64,000 bases of DNA. It comes from an uncultured Verrucomicrobiae bacterium. GTDB lineage: Bacteria > Verrucomicrobiota > Verrucomicrobiia > Limisphaerales > Palsa-1400. Positions 38,831-48,805 of the stretch are shown here, in pieces. A program made the position numbers and the translations under genes. Position 1 is the first letter of the stretch; each line of letters begins with the position of its first letter. The stretch covers positions 32,001 through 96,000 of the forward strand of contig CAVPOM010000010.1 of assembly GCA_963707025.1 (NCBI GenBank), given 5' to 3'. The notes beneath the pieces are model-generated. The model was not told the origin of the DNA. It saw only the letters and a list, made by a program, of their open reading frames with translations, and made no database searches.

Positions 38831-40123
38831 ATGCCTCGATCACGAAAAGAATGGCAAGATGATGTTGACAGCGCGCGCGCGGAAGCAGGAGACGCGTGCG
38901 CTGAATATGCTCAGGCAAAGGGTGAGTTGGAGGCAGCTCGCGACGGGCAGGTTGCTGCTCAGAAGCAAGTAGAGGCGGCGCGGCAGGATGTCGAGTCTGC
39001 GAGAGCCTCTGTTGCGTCTGCCAGAGCATCGTTGGCATCCGCACAAGAGGAACTGCGGCGCGTTCAAGCAGATCGCGAGGCGTCATCCGAGGAAAAAGCG
39101 GCGGCACGGGAAGCCGTCGAGGCGGCGCGTGAAGAACTCAGCAACGCCGAGCGAGAACTCTCCGAAGCGCAGGAACACCTTAATCAGGCCCAGCAAAAAG
39201 TGAGCGAGGCCGAACGCAGGGTCAGCGAAGCCGAGCGCGCTTTTTCAGCAGCCAAACAACGTGTATCCGAGGCGCGTTCTCGGTTGGAGAGCGTCACATC
39301 CTCTGCCGAGGATGGTCTTTCACGAGCCGGGGCAGCTCGTGTTCCCGATGGTTCAGTAAGGTTTTCGAGCCACTTCACAGCGGCGCGCACGCATCGCGAC
39401 GAAGAAACTGATTTCTTCAGGAATTTGGTTGATGAACTCAACGGTGCGCTGGCCGAATTGAACAATGCCACCTCGGCATCCCCACGCCAAGGGCGCTCCA
39501 GCAGTTCTTGGTCTGGCTCGTCCGGCGCACTTTGGGGTGGTGGCTCTGGCGGGGGACTGCCGGACTTGCCTCCTCGGTTTGGCGGGGGCGGGTTTGGATT
39601 GCCGGGGATTTCGGGAGTTGACTTGTTGGGTTGGCCTGATCCCCCGTCTCGGTTCGCTCCTCGCGGCCCTTCCATGCTCGCGACATCACCGCAGAGTTTT
39701 TCTCCGGCTTGGGCACGCCGGGAAGGCAATGAGTTGTCGCTTGGATTCTCCACGGTTGCTCCACCCGGCGCACTTCCATTCTTGGGAACGGGGCCAGTGC
39801 CCACGAGTTCATACTTGCGTCTTGGCCTCGGAACAGCCGGCTGGACCACACCTCTGGGTTTTGGAACGACCCCGTCCTCCTACGCTCTTTCTTTGGGCAG
39901 TCCGACGTTAGGTTTCGGCAAGCGTGGCTACGATATTCTTCCGCAAATTTCGCTCACGCCCTCCAGAGGAGGGCTGGGATTGGCCACAGGCGGTTCGCCG
40001 AGTTCGATGACCGGCGGTATTCAAAGCTTCGATTTGGGCCGTGGCCTCGGCTGGGGAAACGCTTGTGACAATATTGGAGGAGGCTTTGGCGGATTTGGGG
40101 GCGGAATGGGACTGGGTTCGTAG
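38831..40123 (+). CDS. Long coiled-coil protein with Gly/Ser/Pro-rich disordered C-terminal half
   Basis: Heptad A/E/R-rich N-terminal ~210 aa, then low-complexity G/S/P/F sequence. Confidence 0.7.
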   Translation: MPRSRKEWQDDVDSARAEAGDACAEYAQAKGELEAARDGQVAAQKQVEAARQDVESARASVASARASLASAQEELRRVQADREASSEEKAAAREAVEAAREELSNAERELSEAQEHLNQAQQKVSEAERRVSEAERAFSAAKQRVSEARSRLESVTSSAEDGLSRAGAARVPDGSVRFSSHFTAARTHRDEETDFFRNLVDELNGALAELNNATSASPRQGRSSSSWSGSSGALWGGGSGGGLPDLPPRFGGGGFGLPGISGVDLLGWPDPPSRFAPRGPSMLATSPQSFSPAWARREGNELSLGFSTVAPPGALPFLGTGPVPTSSYLRLGLGTAGWTTPLGFGTTPSSYALSLGSPTLGFGKRGYDILPQISLTPSRGGLGLATGGSPSSMTGGIQSFDLGRGLGWGNACDNIGGGFGGFGGGMGLGS

Positions 40124-40146
40124 GTGAAAATAATCAGGATTTCAAT

Positions 40147-40934
40147 ATGAGCAACAAAGCAAAACCGGAACTGCCGCAGGCCGTGCAGCAGTTCATTGAG
40201 GATTTGGACGGGGCATTGGGCGACTCCTGGTGGGAATCGTTCTCTTTGGATCGCTCGCAAGGGGCGCAGGAAAGGCAGACAGCGACATTGATCTGGCTGT
40301 GATCGTGACCGATATGGATGCCGAACGCAGCCGACAGGAGGTGTTCCGTGTCTTCGGTGCGAGTGGCGCTTCGCCGGATGCGGTGGCTCTGAGTGTGGAA
40401 AGCTACATGCGGCTGAAGGAATTCTTGCGCGTCGGAGATCCATTCGCTTGGGTGGTCTGCTCCGAAGGGTTTATTCTCAAGGACAGGTCCGAATTGCTTG
40501 GACGACTTCAGCAGCAGTGCCGTGCAGCAACGGGAGACCGGAAGGTCGCGCCCACCGTGGGCTATTTGGAGGGCAAGAGCCGCATGCACTACGCGCAAGC
40601 GATGCAGTCATTGTGGCAATGCCTTTCCAACCTTCAGCTTTGCACAATGGCGGCTGCGCAGGCCGTGGCCGTTCAACATTCCAAGCGGGACGTGCCTGAG
40701 AAAGACCTGGCCGGCCTGGGTGATTGGGGCCGCCTCAAAGAGACATTGCAACAAACCTCGGCTACCCGCCGGGAGATTGAAGCCGTCGAGCGTCTGATTC
40801 TCGCTCATAAGCAGGCGCGAACAAATGCGGCGGAATATGCGGGAAGAGACCTTGTGGAAGCTTTGCGAACTGTTGGTGAACTCTGGGCGAGGCTTTTGCC
40901 TGGCTTCTCCAAATCAACGGGAGACAAAAAATGA
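40147..40934 (+). CDS. Minimal (pol-beta superfamily) nucleotidyltransferase with helical, HEPN-like C-terminus (frameshift near 40228)
   Basis: MSNKAKPELPQAVQQFIEDLDGALGDS joins VGIVLFGSLARG....DSDIDL (GS..DxD motif) after a 1-nt frame change. Confidence 0.8.
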
Positions 40935-41275
40935 GCGCAACGAACAAATACGGCGAACTGGAGGGCAGTGCATGCCCCAAATGCGGCGATCCAATCAAAC
41001 CGCAATGGGTGGCGTGTCCCGCTTGTGGCGCGACACTCAACAATGGCTCGGGCACTGAAACAAAAAAGACTTCATCACAACCGGATCGGTTTACATGCCC
41101 GGGTTGCGGTGAGAGAGCGACGGCCAATGAGGACGCAAAGTTTTGCGAGACGTGCGCGGCATTCGTCCACGAAGACTGCATGGTTCGGGCACCTGAGCGG
41201 CTAAAAGATGGCAAGACGTATTGCGAATACTATTGTCCGGTGTGCAATAAAATTCTGAATTGTGATGTGAAATGA
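40931..41275 (+). CDS. Tagged zinc-ribbon protein 1 (plus PHD/RING-like Cys/His cluster)
   Basis: MSATNKYGELEGSACPKC..WVACPAC; CPGC..CETC..VHEDC..CPVC. Confidence 0.85.
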   Translation: MSATNKYGELEGSACPKCGDPIKPQWVACPACGATLNNGSGTETKKTSSQPDRFTCPGCGERATANEDAKFCETCAAFVHEDCMVRAPERLKDGKTYCEYYCPVCNKILNCDVK

Positions 41276-41304
41276 CACGAGCGGGTCAACTGGAACGGTA
41301 AATC

Positions 41305-41664
41305 ATGAGTGCGACGAACAAATACGGTGAACTGGAAGGCGGGAAATGCCCGGAATGTGGCGATCCAATTAAACCGCAGTGGGTGGCGTGCCCAGAATGT
41401 GGAGCCTCTTTGGTAAAAGGCAGACGCGTCGCAGAAGTTTCGACACCAGCCGAGACACCGAAATCTCTTTTCTCTCAAACTTGTCCTGGTTGTGGAGAGA
41501 AAGCGACGGCAGCAGGTCAAACAGGTCCGTTTGGCTCATATTCACTTAACAAAGGATACCTCTGTAAGAACTGCCAAGCGTTTGTGCATTTTGGGTGTTT
41601 GGTGGACAACGCGCTTTGTCCGGTCTGTGGTTTGGTTGTTGGAAATCTGCTGGTTCCGTATTGA
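41305..41664 (+). CDS. Tagged zinc-ribbon protein 2 (plus PHD/RING-like cluster)
   Basis: MSATNKYGELEGGKCPEC..CPEC; CPGC..CKNC..VHFGC..CPVC. Confidence 0.85.
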   Translation: MSATNKYGELEGGKCPECGDPIKPQWVACPECGASLVKGRRVAEVSTPAETPKSLFSQTCPGCGEKATAAGQTGPFGSYSLNKGYLCKNCQAFVHFGCLVDNALCPVCGLVVGNLLVPY

Positions 41665-41666
41665 AG

Positions 41667-42239
41667 ATGAAAGCGAATTACTCAACCACGGGCGATTCCG
41701 CGCTGCTTATGCGACTCGACGACGCTCTCTCGCTGTTTGATGAACCAGTGTGGCGCGAGTTAAAACAGGCTGTGGAGACACCCGAGCAGCCCAAGCCGGA
41801 GACCAGACCGGTGTCCAAGGAATGGTTCCGAGCGAATCCACAGCTTCTCGCCAAAGAGAAGGCGGTGCTCGAAAAACTCCTTTCTGCCTTACCGGAATTC
41901 CCGGGCCTGTTTTATCAGAAGCAGAATCCCACGCTGCTCGGTGCCGCAGGCCTGCTACAGGTCACTGGCGCTACCAAGGTAAAGGTGGAGTTGGTCTTTC
42001 CGGCGGATTATCCGCAGTCTGCGCCGCGAGTGTTTTTCTTCGGCCCGGCCATCAAGAAAGCGCCGCGTCTGTTGCGCGCGGATGGCTCCATCCCCGTTCC
42101 GTTCGGTGCCGATCAGCAGTGGAATCCGGGTTGCAACAGCGGGACGCTTTTGAACTGGGCGTTGGAATGGTTTGAGAGCAACATGGAAGTGAAGCCACCG
42201 CATTCTCAGGAGCGTGGCAATGGGAGAACAAGACGATGA
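41667..42239 (+). CDS. E2/UBC-fold protein, probably catalytically inactive
   Basis: WF..NPQLLAKE, LVFPADYPQSAPRVF. DGSIPV has Pro where the paralogue at 43523 has Cys (DGHLCL). Confidence 0.7.
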   Translation: MKANYSTTGDSALLMRLDDALSLFDEPVWRELKQAVETPEQPKPETRPVSKEWFRANPQLLAKEKAVLEKLLSALPEFPGLFYQKQNPTLLGAAGLLQVTGATKVKVELVFPADYPQSAPRVFFFGPAIKKAPRLLRADGSIPVPFGADQQWNPGCNSGTLLNWALEWFESNMEVKPPHSQERGNGRTRR

Positions 42240-43315
42240 ATGATTCGTGGACCTTGCCCACTGTCTTCATACTTCGCCAGGCGATGGATGTAATCCGCCG
42301 CGAAGCTCTCGGTTCTGATGTGGAGACGGGCGGAATCCTGATTGGTGCAAGGTCGGGCGATGGAGCAGTGCTTGTCACCCACGCGACCCCTCCCGGCCCG
42401 CAGGCGGTTCACCATGCCTACTATTTCCAGCGCGACGTGGCATATCAGCAGACTCTGCTGAAAAAGCTGCACGAGCAATACGGCGTGCAATATCTGGGTG
42501 AGTGGCACAAGCACCCTCGAAATCTGCCTGTGCCTAGTGGCGGTGATGCCAAAGGCGTGCATGATCTGCTTCATGATCGCGATTACGGTGTGGACGGCAT
42601 CCTCTTTCCCATCATCATTTGTGAGTCGGACTTGGGGTTTCAACTGCACCCTTTCTACGTAACCCGGCTTGATCCCGAGATGCATTTTCATCCCATGAAA
42701 TGGCACGAGATTAACTTGGCGATGGAGCCGGATCGCGCATTCACCCAATCCTTTTTTCAAAGGACCAAGCCTGTCAGTCAGAGGAAGGAAACAACGGAGG
42801 AGGAGCTTTCCGCATCTGCTGGATCACAGCCTGCGCAAGAAGGAGTTTGGAGGAAGCTCGCGAGTTGGATACCACTGCCGTTCTTTTCGGAAGACGGACA
42901 GAAGACACCTGCAAGCGGAGTTTTGAAGGACAAGTCTTCGCAAGACGCGCCGTCTGAAAAGTCACTCCGCTGGTATGAGGCTCAAAACGGACGCTCATTG
43001 CTTGCCAAGGAACAGAGTCTTCTCCGCTCCTTTGGTTTGAAGGCAGAGCCGTTCCTGATAGGCGAAGGCAACTTGTGTTTTTCTTTCCCCCGAACCAGCG
43101 GACGGGAAATTGTGGTCGTGTGTTCCAAGCAACATCCGGCTCGTGCTCCCCAAGTCCTAATTCGAAGCTCGCCGTCTGCGAAGCATCAAACCATACAAGA
43201 TGTGGAATGGACACCGCAAAGCATGCTTGCGGACGTCATCGTGCCCCTGTTAGGGCCGGAAATTCAGTCGCCGGCAATTGTGTTTGCCGATGACTCGGTA
43301 AAAGCGCAAACGTAG
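42236..43315 (+). CDS. JAB/MPN metallopeptidase fused to a degenerate E2-like domain
   Basis: ETGGILIG, YLGEWHKHP....PSGGD (JAMM motif). C-terminal WYE..GRSLLAKE..HPARAPQV. Confidence 0.88.
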   Translation: MNDSWTLPTVFILRQAMDVIRREALGSDVETGGILIGARSGDGAVLVTHATPPGPQAVHHAYYFQRDVAYQQTLLKKLHEQYGVQYLGEWHKHPRNLPVPSGGDAKGVHDLLHDRDYGVDGILFPIIICESDLGFQLHPFYVTRLDPEMHFHPMKWHEINLAMEPDRAFTQSFFQRTKPVSQRKETTEEELSASAGSQPAQEGVWRKLASWIPLPFFSEDGQKTPASGVLKDKSSQDAPSEKSLRWYEAQNGRSLLAKEQSLLRSFGLKAEPFLIGEGNLCFSFPRTSGREIVVVCSKQHPARAPQVLIRSSPSAKHQTIQDVEWTPQSMLADVIVPLLGPEIQSPAIVFADDSVKAQT

Positions 43316-43328
43316 AAAGATAAGACTT

Positions 43329-43526
43329 ATGCCAAGAGACAACACCATTGATAACCTGGAGGAAATCGCCCGCCAACTCGATGAACGCAAGCCGGTATTC
43401 GTCAGCGTGGACGGACAGATTCATGACGCAGAAAAACTGAGTCAGGAGGACGCGCATGAGCGTGGGCCTGTGACCCAGTTGAAACCAACAACGTGGTATC
43501 GCACATGGAAAGGAGAAGGATTGTGA
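43329..43526 (+). CDS. Small protein (65 aa) between JAB and E2; candidate modifier or substrate
   Basis: Coupled (GTGA) to the E2 gene. Its LKPTTWY motif recurs as LKPVTWY at the E2 N-terminus. Confidence 0.7.
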   Translation: MPRDNTIDNLEEIARQLDERKPVFVSVDGQIHDAEKLSQEDAHERGPVTQLKPTTWYRTWKGEGL

Positions 43527-43984
43527 ATCTCGCGCGCTTGAAGCCAGTCACTTGGTATGCCTGGCACGATAAGATGCCGACGCGGTTGCGGCAGGAAACG
43601 GAGGCAATGCACAGTCGTTTTCCGGATTTCAAGCTGACCCGTGGCAACGATGGCAAGCTCGGTTGGGTGGGAAAGTTGAAATCAAATCGCGGCAATAGCT
43701 ACCGCGTCCTGATTGATTATCCGGAGAACTTTCCACATGAAGAACCAAGGGCGTTCATCATTGAGCCGCGTTTTGTCTGTCAGCACATGTGGAAGGATGG
43801 GCATCTCTGCCTCATGTATCCCGACGGCGGCACTTGGCAGACAAACACGACGTGCGCAACTATGGTTGCCATCGTGGCGGCGTGGATTTTCTCGTTTGAG
43901 AGTCATCAGGCGAATTGTCGAGGCAGCAGCGGCAAACCATGCATGGACCCGCATTGCAAACATTGGCCTGGGAAGAAACTCTAA
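43523..43984 (+). CDS. Prokaryotic E2 (ubiquitin-conjugating-like) enzyme with catalytic Cys
   Basis: RLRQE..AM..RFPDF, WVGKL, YPENFPHEEP, HMWKDGHLCL. AGGAG RBS before the GTG start. Confidence 0.85.
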   Translation: MNLARLKPVTWYAWHDKMPTRLRQETEAMHSRFPDFKLTRGNDGKLGWVGKLKSNRGNSYRVLIDYPENFPHEEPRAFIIEPRFVCQHMWKDGHLCLMYPDGGTWQTNTTCATMVAIVAAWIFSFESHQANCRGSSGKPCMDPHCKHWPGKKL

Positions 43985-43997
43985 AGACATCCCTACC

Positions 43998-45005
43998 ATG
44001 ACAGCCAACCCGCCCAATAGCACATCGTCGCGAGCGCAATCTCAGTATCCCAAGCCTAGCTTGCAATCGCGCCCGATTCTTGAGCGGTTGTCTAATTCCG
44101 CCGCCCGGACGCTCCGCCCGGATTCGCTTTTGCTTGAGGAACTTTTGACATCACTCAAGAAAGATCAGTTTGTTCTGCAAATGTTGCGGGAGGAGTTGCG
44201 CCGGTATCGGGATGGAAAAGTCTCTCCGGAATTGGTGTCCCGTGCGGCCGTCCGGGTCGAGCAACTGGAGAACGAGTGTGATCTGCTGGGCGCCAATGCC
44301 GCGCTGATGTGTGGGGCAACCGCCAAGGCCACGTTGTTGCTCCGGGGATTGATTCAGAAAGATTCCAGCAATTTGGCAGAATCCAGCCGGCCTTTACTGT
44401 TCAAATTATTGATTTCCATCGCTTGGGTCGTCGAGGATGCTTCCGTAGCCGAGACTTTCCTTCAGCGGGCTGCGACCGAGGATCAGCAGGGAGACTATGC
44501 TCAGTATCTGGCAGGGGTGAATCGGTTGTTACAAGCGCGCGCTGAATTGCGTCAGAAGAAACCCGATGCTGCGGTTAGACTTTGCCAAGCGATGGGCCGG
44601 GAGACTCGACCTGACGATCCACTCCGAATTCTGGCCTTGGAACTGCAGGCGGATGCCTTTCGTCAGTTGGGAGATGAGAAGCGCGAGCAGGACGTTCTGG
44701 AAGATTGGGAAGGTCTTTTGAAGCGACTGCCGAACGGCCCTTGCGACCTGGCTGTTGAAGCGGAGACGACCACCACCGCGCCTGGCATTTCAGGTGGACC
44801 AAGGTCACACGAGATTCTGGAACACTTCAGCCGGCTGGCCTTCCACTTCGAGCGCAATTCAGACACGCGGAATTACGCGAAGGGAATTCTCACAAAGTTT
44901 CTCAACACCGCCCAACATGAGTGGATAGATCCAAATCAACCCGTGGCGGGCACAATTCGTGAACGAATGGCCCGTCTTGAATCCCCACCAAGAAACCTCC
45001 ACTGA
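43998..45005 (+). CDS. Helical/TPR-like hypothetical protein
   Basis: All-alpha A/L-rich repeats; co-oriented within the operon. Confidence 0.65.
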   Translation: MTANPPNSTSSRAQSQYPKPSLQSRPILERLSNSAARTLRPDSLLLEELLTSLKKDQFVLQMLREELRRYRDGKVSPELVSRAAVRVEQLENECDLLGANAALMCGATAKATLLLRGLIQKDSSNLAESSRPLLFKLLISIAWVVEDASVAETFLQRAATEDQQGDYAQYLAGVNRLLQARAELRQKKPDAAVRLCQAMGRETRPDDPLRILALELQADAFRQLGDEKREQDVLEDWEGLLKRLPNGPCDLAVEAETTTTAPGISGGPRSHEILEHFSRLAFHFERNSDTRNYAKGILTKFLNTAQHEWIDPNQPVAGTIRERMARLESPPRNLH

Positions 45006-45035
45006 CGACCGCAAATCCAATTCCGCCCTACCGGC

Positions 45036-45626
45036 ATGGAGATCATTGAACCCAACCGTGCTTTCGGAAGGGTTTCAGACAAAGCTATTGAAGAATTGCT
45101 CAATAAGCTGACGACCATGCCGGGCGCAGCTTACTGCGCGGTCGTGGTCGGCAAGGTAGAAGTCAAGGAACGTCAGTTTCGCGTGGACCGGAAACAAGGA
45201 GACCCGGTAGATCAGTTGCTGGCGGCACTCGGTGAACTCCATGCGGAATCTTCCAGCGGCACGCCTGCCATTCAGCCTGAAAAAACTGGCGTTATCTCGA
45301 AGGGACAACCCATGCAGTGGATCGCGCTGAACCATGAGGAACGCGCACCCGACATTCGCGCTCTTTCCTTCGGCCTCCGGGTGGATCAGGTGGGTGACGA
45401 AATGGATTTGTCGCTGCATCTCCTATTCACCTATACGCCACCGTTGGGGGCCGATGATCGTGACGAACTGGCCGGGCTGCTGCGCAAGAAGCCGGAGGAA
45501 CTTGGCGGCTACCGCGCCTTGGAGGCGGGAGTTGTGGACCTGATCAAGCGGGCTGCTCGACGGGTCGGACAAAGAGCCGGTGGTTCAGTCGGTCGCCAAC
45601 AAAGGAAAGGTCCGGTGCGCTTGTGA
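45036..45626 (+). CDS. Hypothetical protein
   Basis: 196-aa ORF with GTGA overlap with the ATPase gene. Confidence 0.65.
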   Translation: MEIIEPNRAFGRVSDKAIEELLNKLTTMPGAAYCAVVVGKVEVKERQFRVDRKQGDPVDQLLAALGELHAESSSGTPAIQPEKTGVISKGQPMQWIALNHEERAPDIRALSFGLRVDQVGDEMDLSLHLLFTYTPPLGADDRDELAGLLRKKPEELGGYRALEAGVVDLIKRAARRVGQRAGGSVGRQQRKGPVRL

Positions 45627-48312
45627 AGTCAGATTTCCTCAAGATTTCCTTTCTCCCGGATCTCGCCATGCCGAAATACGGCGCGCGGTATGGTGCATCA
45701 GCGGCAAAGTGTGCCGGCGGCGTCCTTGCGAACATTCTGGGGCTGCTCGAACCCGAAACCGGAGATTGGCTGCTACTCCGCTACTTTTACCAACCAGATT
45801 CAAAGTTGCCCCAAGACCGGCTTCGGTTATTCGTCCGTGTTCATGCCGGGGACAAAGTTGCGGGTAAGTTCCAATTCCCCGGCGAGCATCTTCTGAAGGA
45901 ATTCTATTCCTGGACGCCTGTTGCGCCAGACCAAATCGGTTTGGGTTTCCAGGATGAGTCGGCACCGTTGTTCGTCGTGGATCGGAATGAGGAGTTGCTT
46001 CACGACCCCGAAAAAGACCTTCTGCATTACGCTCCCGTCGCCTTCCTGGAAGATCAGCCTACTCTGGCTGACGGGTTGAATATCGAACGCTTTGTTCCAT
46101 TCGCTTACTGTTCCGTGCCTCGTTGATATCAGCGCCCGGCCCCTGGAGTTAACTGATGGGGTTGGTCAGGCGCTGCTTTCGTTGCTGCGCGATCTGGACC
46201 GCCATGCTTCCGCGTTTGATCCCGAGCGGCGGGACGCAGGCTCCATCGAGGACCTTTCGCGCCAACACGATTTGCTCGCGGCCAGGCATAAGGATTTCTA
46301 TCAGCAGTATTTTGACACGCTGTATTCTGGTCGGATTTGTGAATTCGGCATCCGCGTGATGTCCGCAGACAAACGGGAAGGAGCATTGGTCGCGCGTTCT
46401 TTGGCCGAAGCCCTTGGTGCTGGCGGCAAGGCGCGAGTCCGGGAAAGACCTTCCGGCAAGACCCCGCTTCGCATGGCTGTTCGTGCTGGGGAACACTTTG
46501 TAGAGCAATCCAAGTTGGCCAACGGCGCGGTTTGTTTCTCTGACCGGCTGGCCGGTGTCCCCAAAAAGCTGCAAACAGCAGTTGAGGAGCAGTTCCTTCG
46601 CGCCACGGAGTTGTCGCACCTGTGTTTTTTGGCGGACATGCAAACGGCGGGTCGCATGCTCACATTGCCGACTTCGGATGGGCTTTACCTGCGAACGATA
46701 CGCATCGAAAGCGAGATGCGCGGTGTGCGACCGGGCGGCAAAGAAAAGCAGGGGCTAATCGAGATCGGCACGGAAGCAGAGCGACCGTCCAATCTCGCCG
46801 TTGGACTGGACCAAGCCCAGAAGCATCTTTTCGTCGCCGGCGTGACCGGCAGCGGCAAGACCACGACCATTCTGAATATCCTCCAGCAACTTTGGGAGAA
46901 ACACCAAGTTCCCTTTCTGGTGTTGGAGCCTGCCAAGAGCGAATACCGAATCCTTGCGGACGGCAAAGGAAAGCTGGCAAACGATTTGAGGATCTATTCA
47001 CCTGGCAACGAACGGCTCTCGCCATTCCGCTTCAACCCGCTGGAAGTTCCCTCCGGTGTGACAGTCGAGGAACACATTTCCGCGCTGGAGACCTGTTTCG
47101 CCGGGGCCATCCCAATGTCAGGCGGTCCGCTGCCAAGCCTGATCAGCGAGGCAATCGTGAGATGTTACGAAGAGGCGGGTTTCAGTCTGGGCGACGAGGA
47201 GAGCATAGGCCGACCGTGGCCCACCATGAAGACGCTGGTTTCCTCCTGCGAGGAAGATCATGGAAAATCGCGGTTACGTCGGCGAGGTGAAGGCCAACCT
47301 TCAGACCGCCATTGATGTTCGGCTCAACTCGCTCTGCCAACGCAGTGTCGGGCGCATGTTCTCCTTCAATCATTCGTTCCCGTCGCTCGACGAACTGATG
47401 CGCTGGCCGACCATTTTGGAGATGGACGCTTTGAATCTCGATCAGCAAAACCTCCTGGTGCTGTTCCTACTGAACTCCATCCGGGAACGGCTTACCCGGC
47501 AGGGTCCGGCCAAGGGCTTGAAACATGTGATCGTGCTGGAGGAGGCGCATAATCTCATCGGGGTGCAGAGCGCCAAGGGACAGGTGTTTGAGGATTTCGC
47601 CGACCCGCGTGGCCATGCCGCGCGTTTTCTCGTGCGCATGCTGGCGGAGATTCGCGCTTTTGGTGAGGGAATCATGGTGGTGGACCAATCTCCTGCCGCC
47701 ATTGCGCCCGAAGTGCTCAAGAACACAGCGGTCAAAATCGTGCATCGGACTGTTTCCGAAGACGACCGGGATGCGCTCGCGGCAGCCATGCTGATGGACA
47801 AGTATGCACATGAGGAATTAGCCCGGTTGGAAGTGGGCGAAGCGTTTGCCTACAACGAACGACTCTACCGTCCCGTGCGCGTGCGCTCGCCATACGTTAT
47901 CGAAGGGATGACCAGACCAGATGACCTGTCTCTACAGAAGCATGTGGCCTCGGCTGATTGGTATCAAGCGTCGCAGGAGCGCAGGCTCGATAATTTGCAG
48001 CGCAAGCTGGAACAGCTTCGCAATGCACTGCGGAAGGGCTTGGTTGCATCTCTCCGTGAAGCTAAGCATCCCGAGTTTGGCAAGGATGTCCGGACTTGGC
48101 ACGACTCGTTGCTCGTGCTGGTTGAACAATTTCGTCTCAAGTCAAAACAGATTATCGCTGACGCCATGTTGGATCGGGCGTTGAGTGACAGCGCGACGAA
48201 GATTGGGAATTCCCATCTGGAGCGGATTCGAGAACTGGAGTTGGAGGCAGCAAAACAAATACCCCGGAGGAAATATGCCGCGAAAAAGCAAAAGCGAATT
48301 GCAGGAAAATAA
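45623..48312 (+). CDS. HerA/FtsK-superfamily ATPase (two frameshifts, near 46095 and 47255)
   Basis: Three overlapping ORFs. HLFVAGVTGSGKTT, LEPAKSEY, FNPL, VIVLEEAHNL, EIRAFG....VDQSP, NT..KIVHR. Confidence 0.85.
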
Positions 48313-48787
48313 GCAGGAACGCGAAGAGCGAACCGACGCTGAAGAAGAAGTCTCTGCCGAAATCAAAGACGATGCCGATTCTGCCCAATCAGATTGGTCG
48401 GGTCAGGACGATCCGGTGTTGAGCGATACGGCTGATGCGCTGAACGCTGCGGCCGAGGCGCTAAAGTCGGACATCCAAGGGCAGCACGGAGAACAGGCAG
48501 AGAAAGTGGACGAGTCCATCGAGACCCAGCGGAAAGAGGTCAGCGAACCTGCTCGTGAAGACGAATCCATTGAACGCTCGGCGGGTGATGAACTGGATGC
48601 CGCCTCTGGTCGAAACAAACGTTTTGGGAAGAATCTCTCGGATGCTGGCGAACAGCGCCGTGATGCCGAGCAGTTTTTGGCGGAGCTTGCCGAAACTGAT
48701 GAGGCCGATCAGGAACAAAGCAAGGAAACACTCGACGCACATCGCCGGGCCGTCGAGCAGGCGATTCAGAACATCCGGGAGTTTTAG
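48275..48787 (+). CDS. Acidic helical protein (170 aa) with WxG at residues 41-43
   Basis: GGAGG RBS; MPRKSKSELQ...SDWSG...; E/D/A-rich. Confidence 0.75.
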   Translation: MPRKSKSELQENKQEREERTDAEEEVSAEIKDDADSAQSDWSGQDDPVLSDTADALNAAAEALKSDIQGQHGEQAEKVDESIETQRKEVSEPAREDESIERSAGDELDAASGRNKRFGKNLSDAGEQRRDAEQFLAELAETDEADQEQSKETLDAHRRAVEQAIQNIREF

Positions 48788-48805
48788 AAGGTTCGGAGAA
48801 TTCCC

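Noticed and set aside
46080..47280. Programmed ribosomal frameshifting in the HerA gene
   Set aside because: No clear slippery heptamer plus structure, and similar indels affect many unrelated genes in this region.
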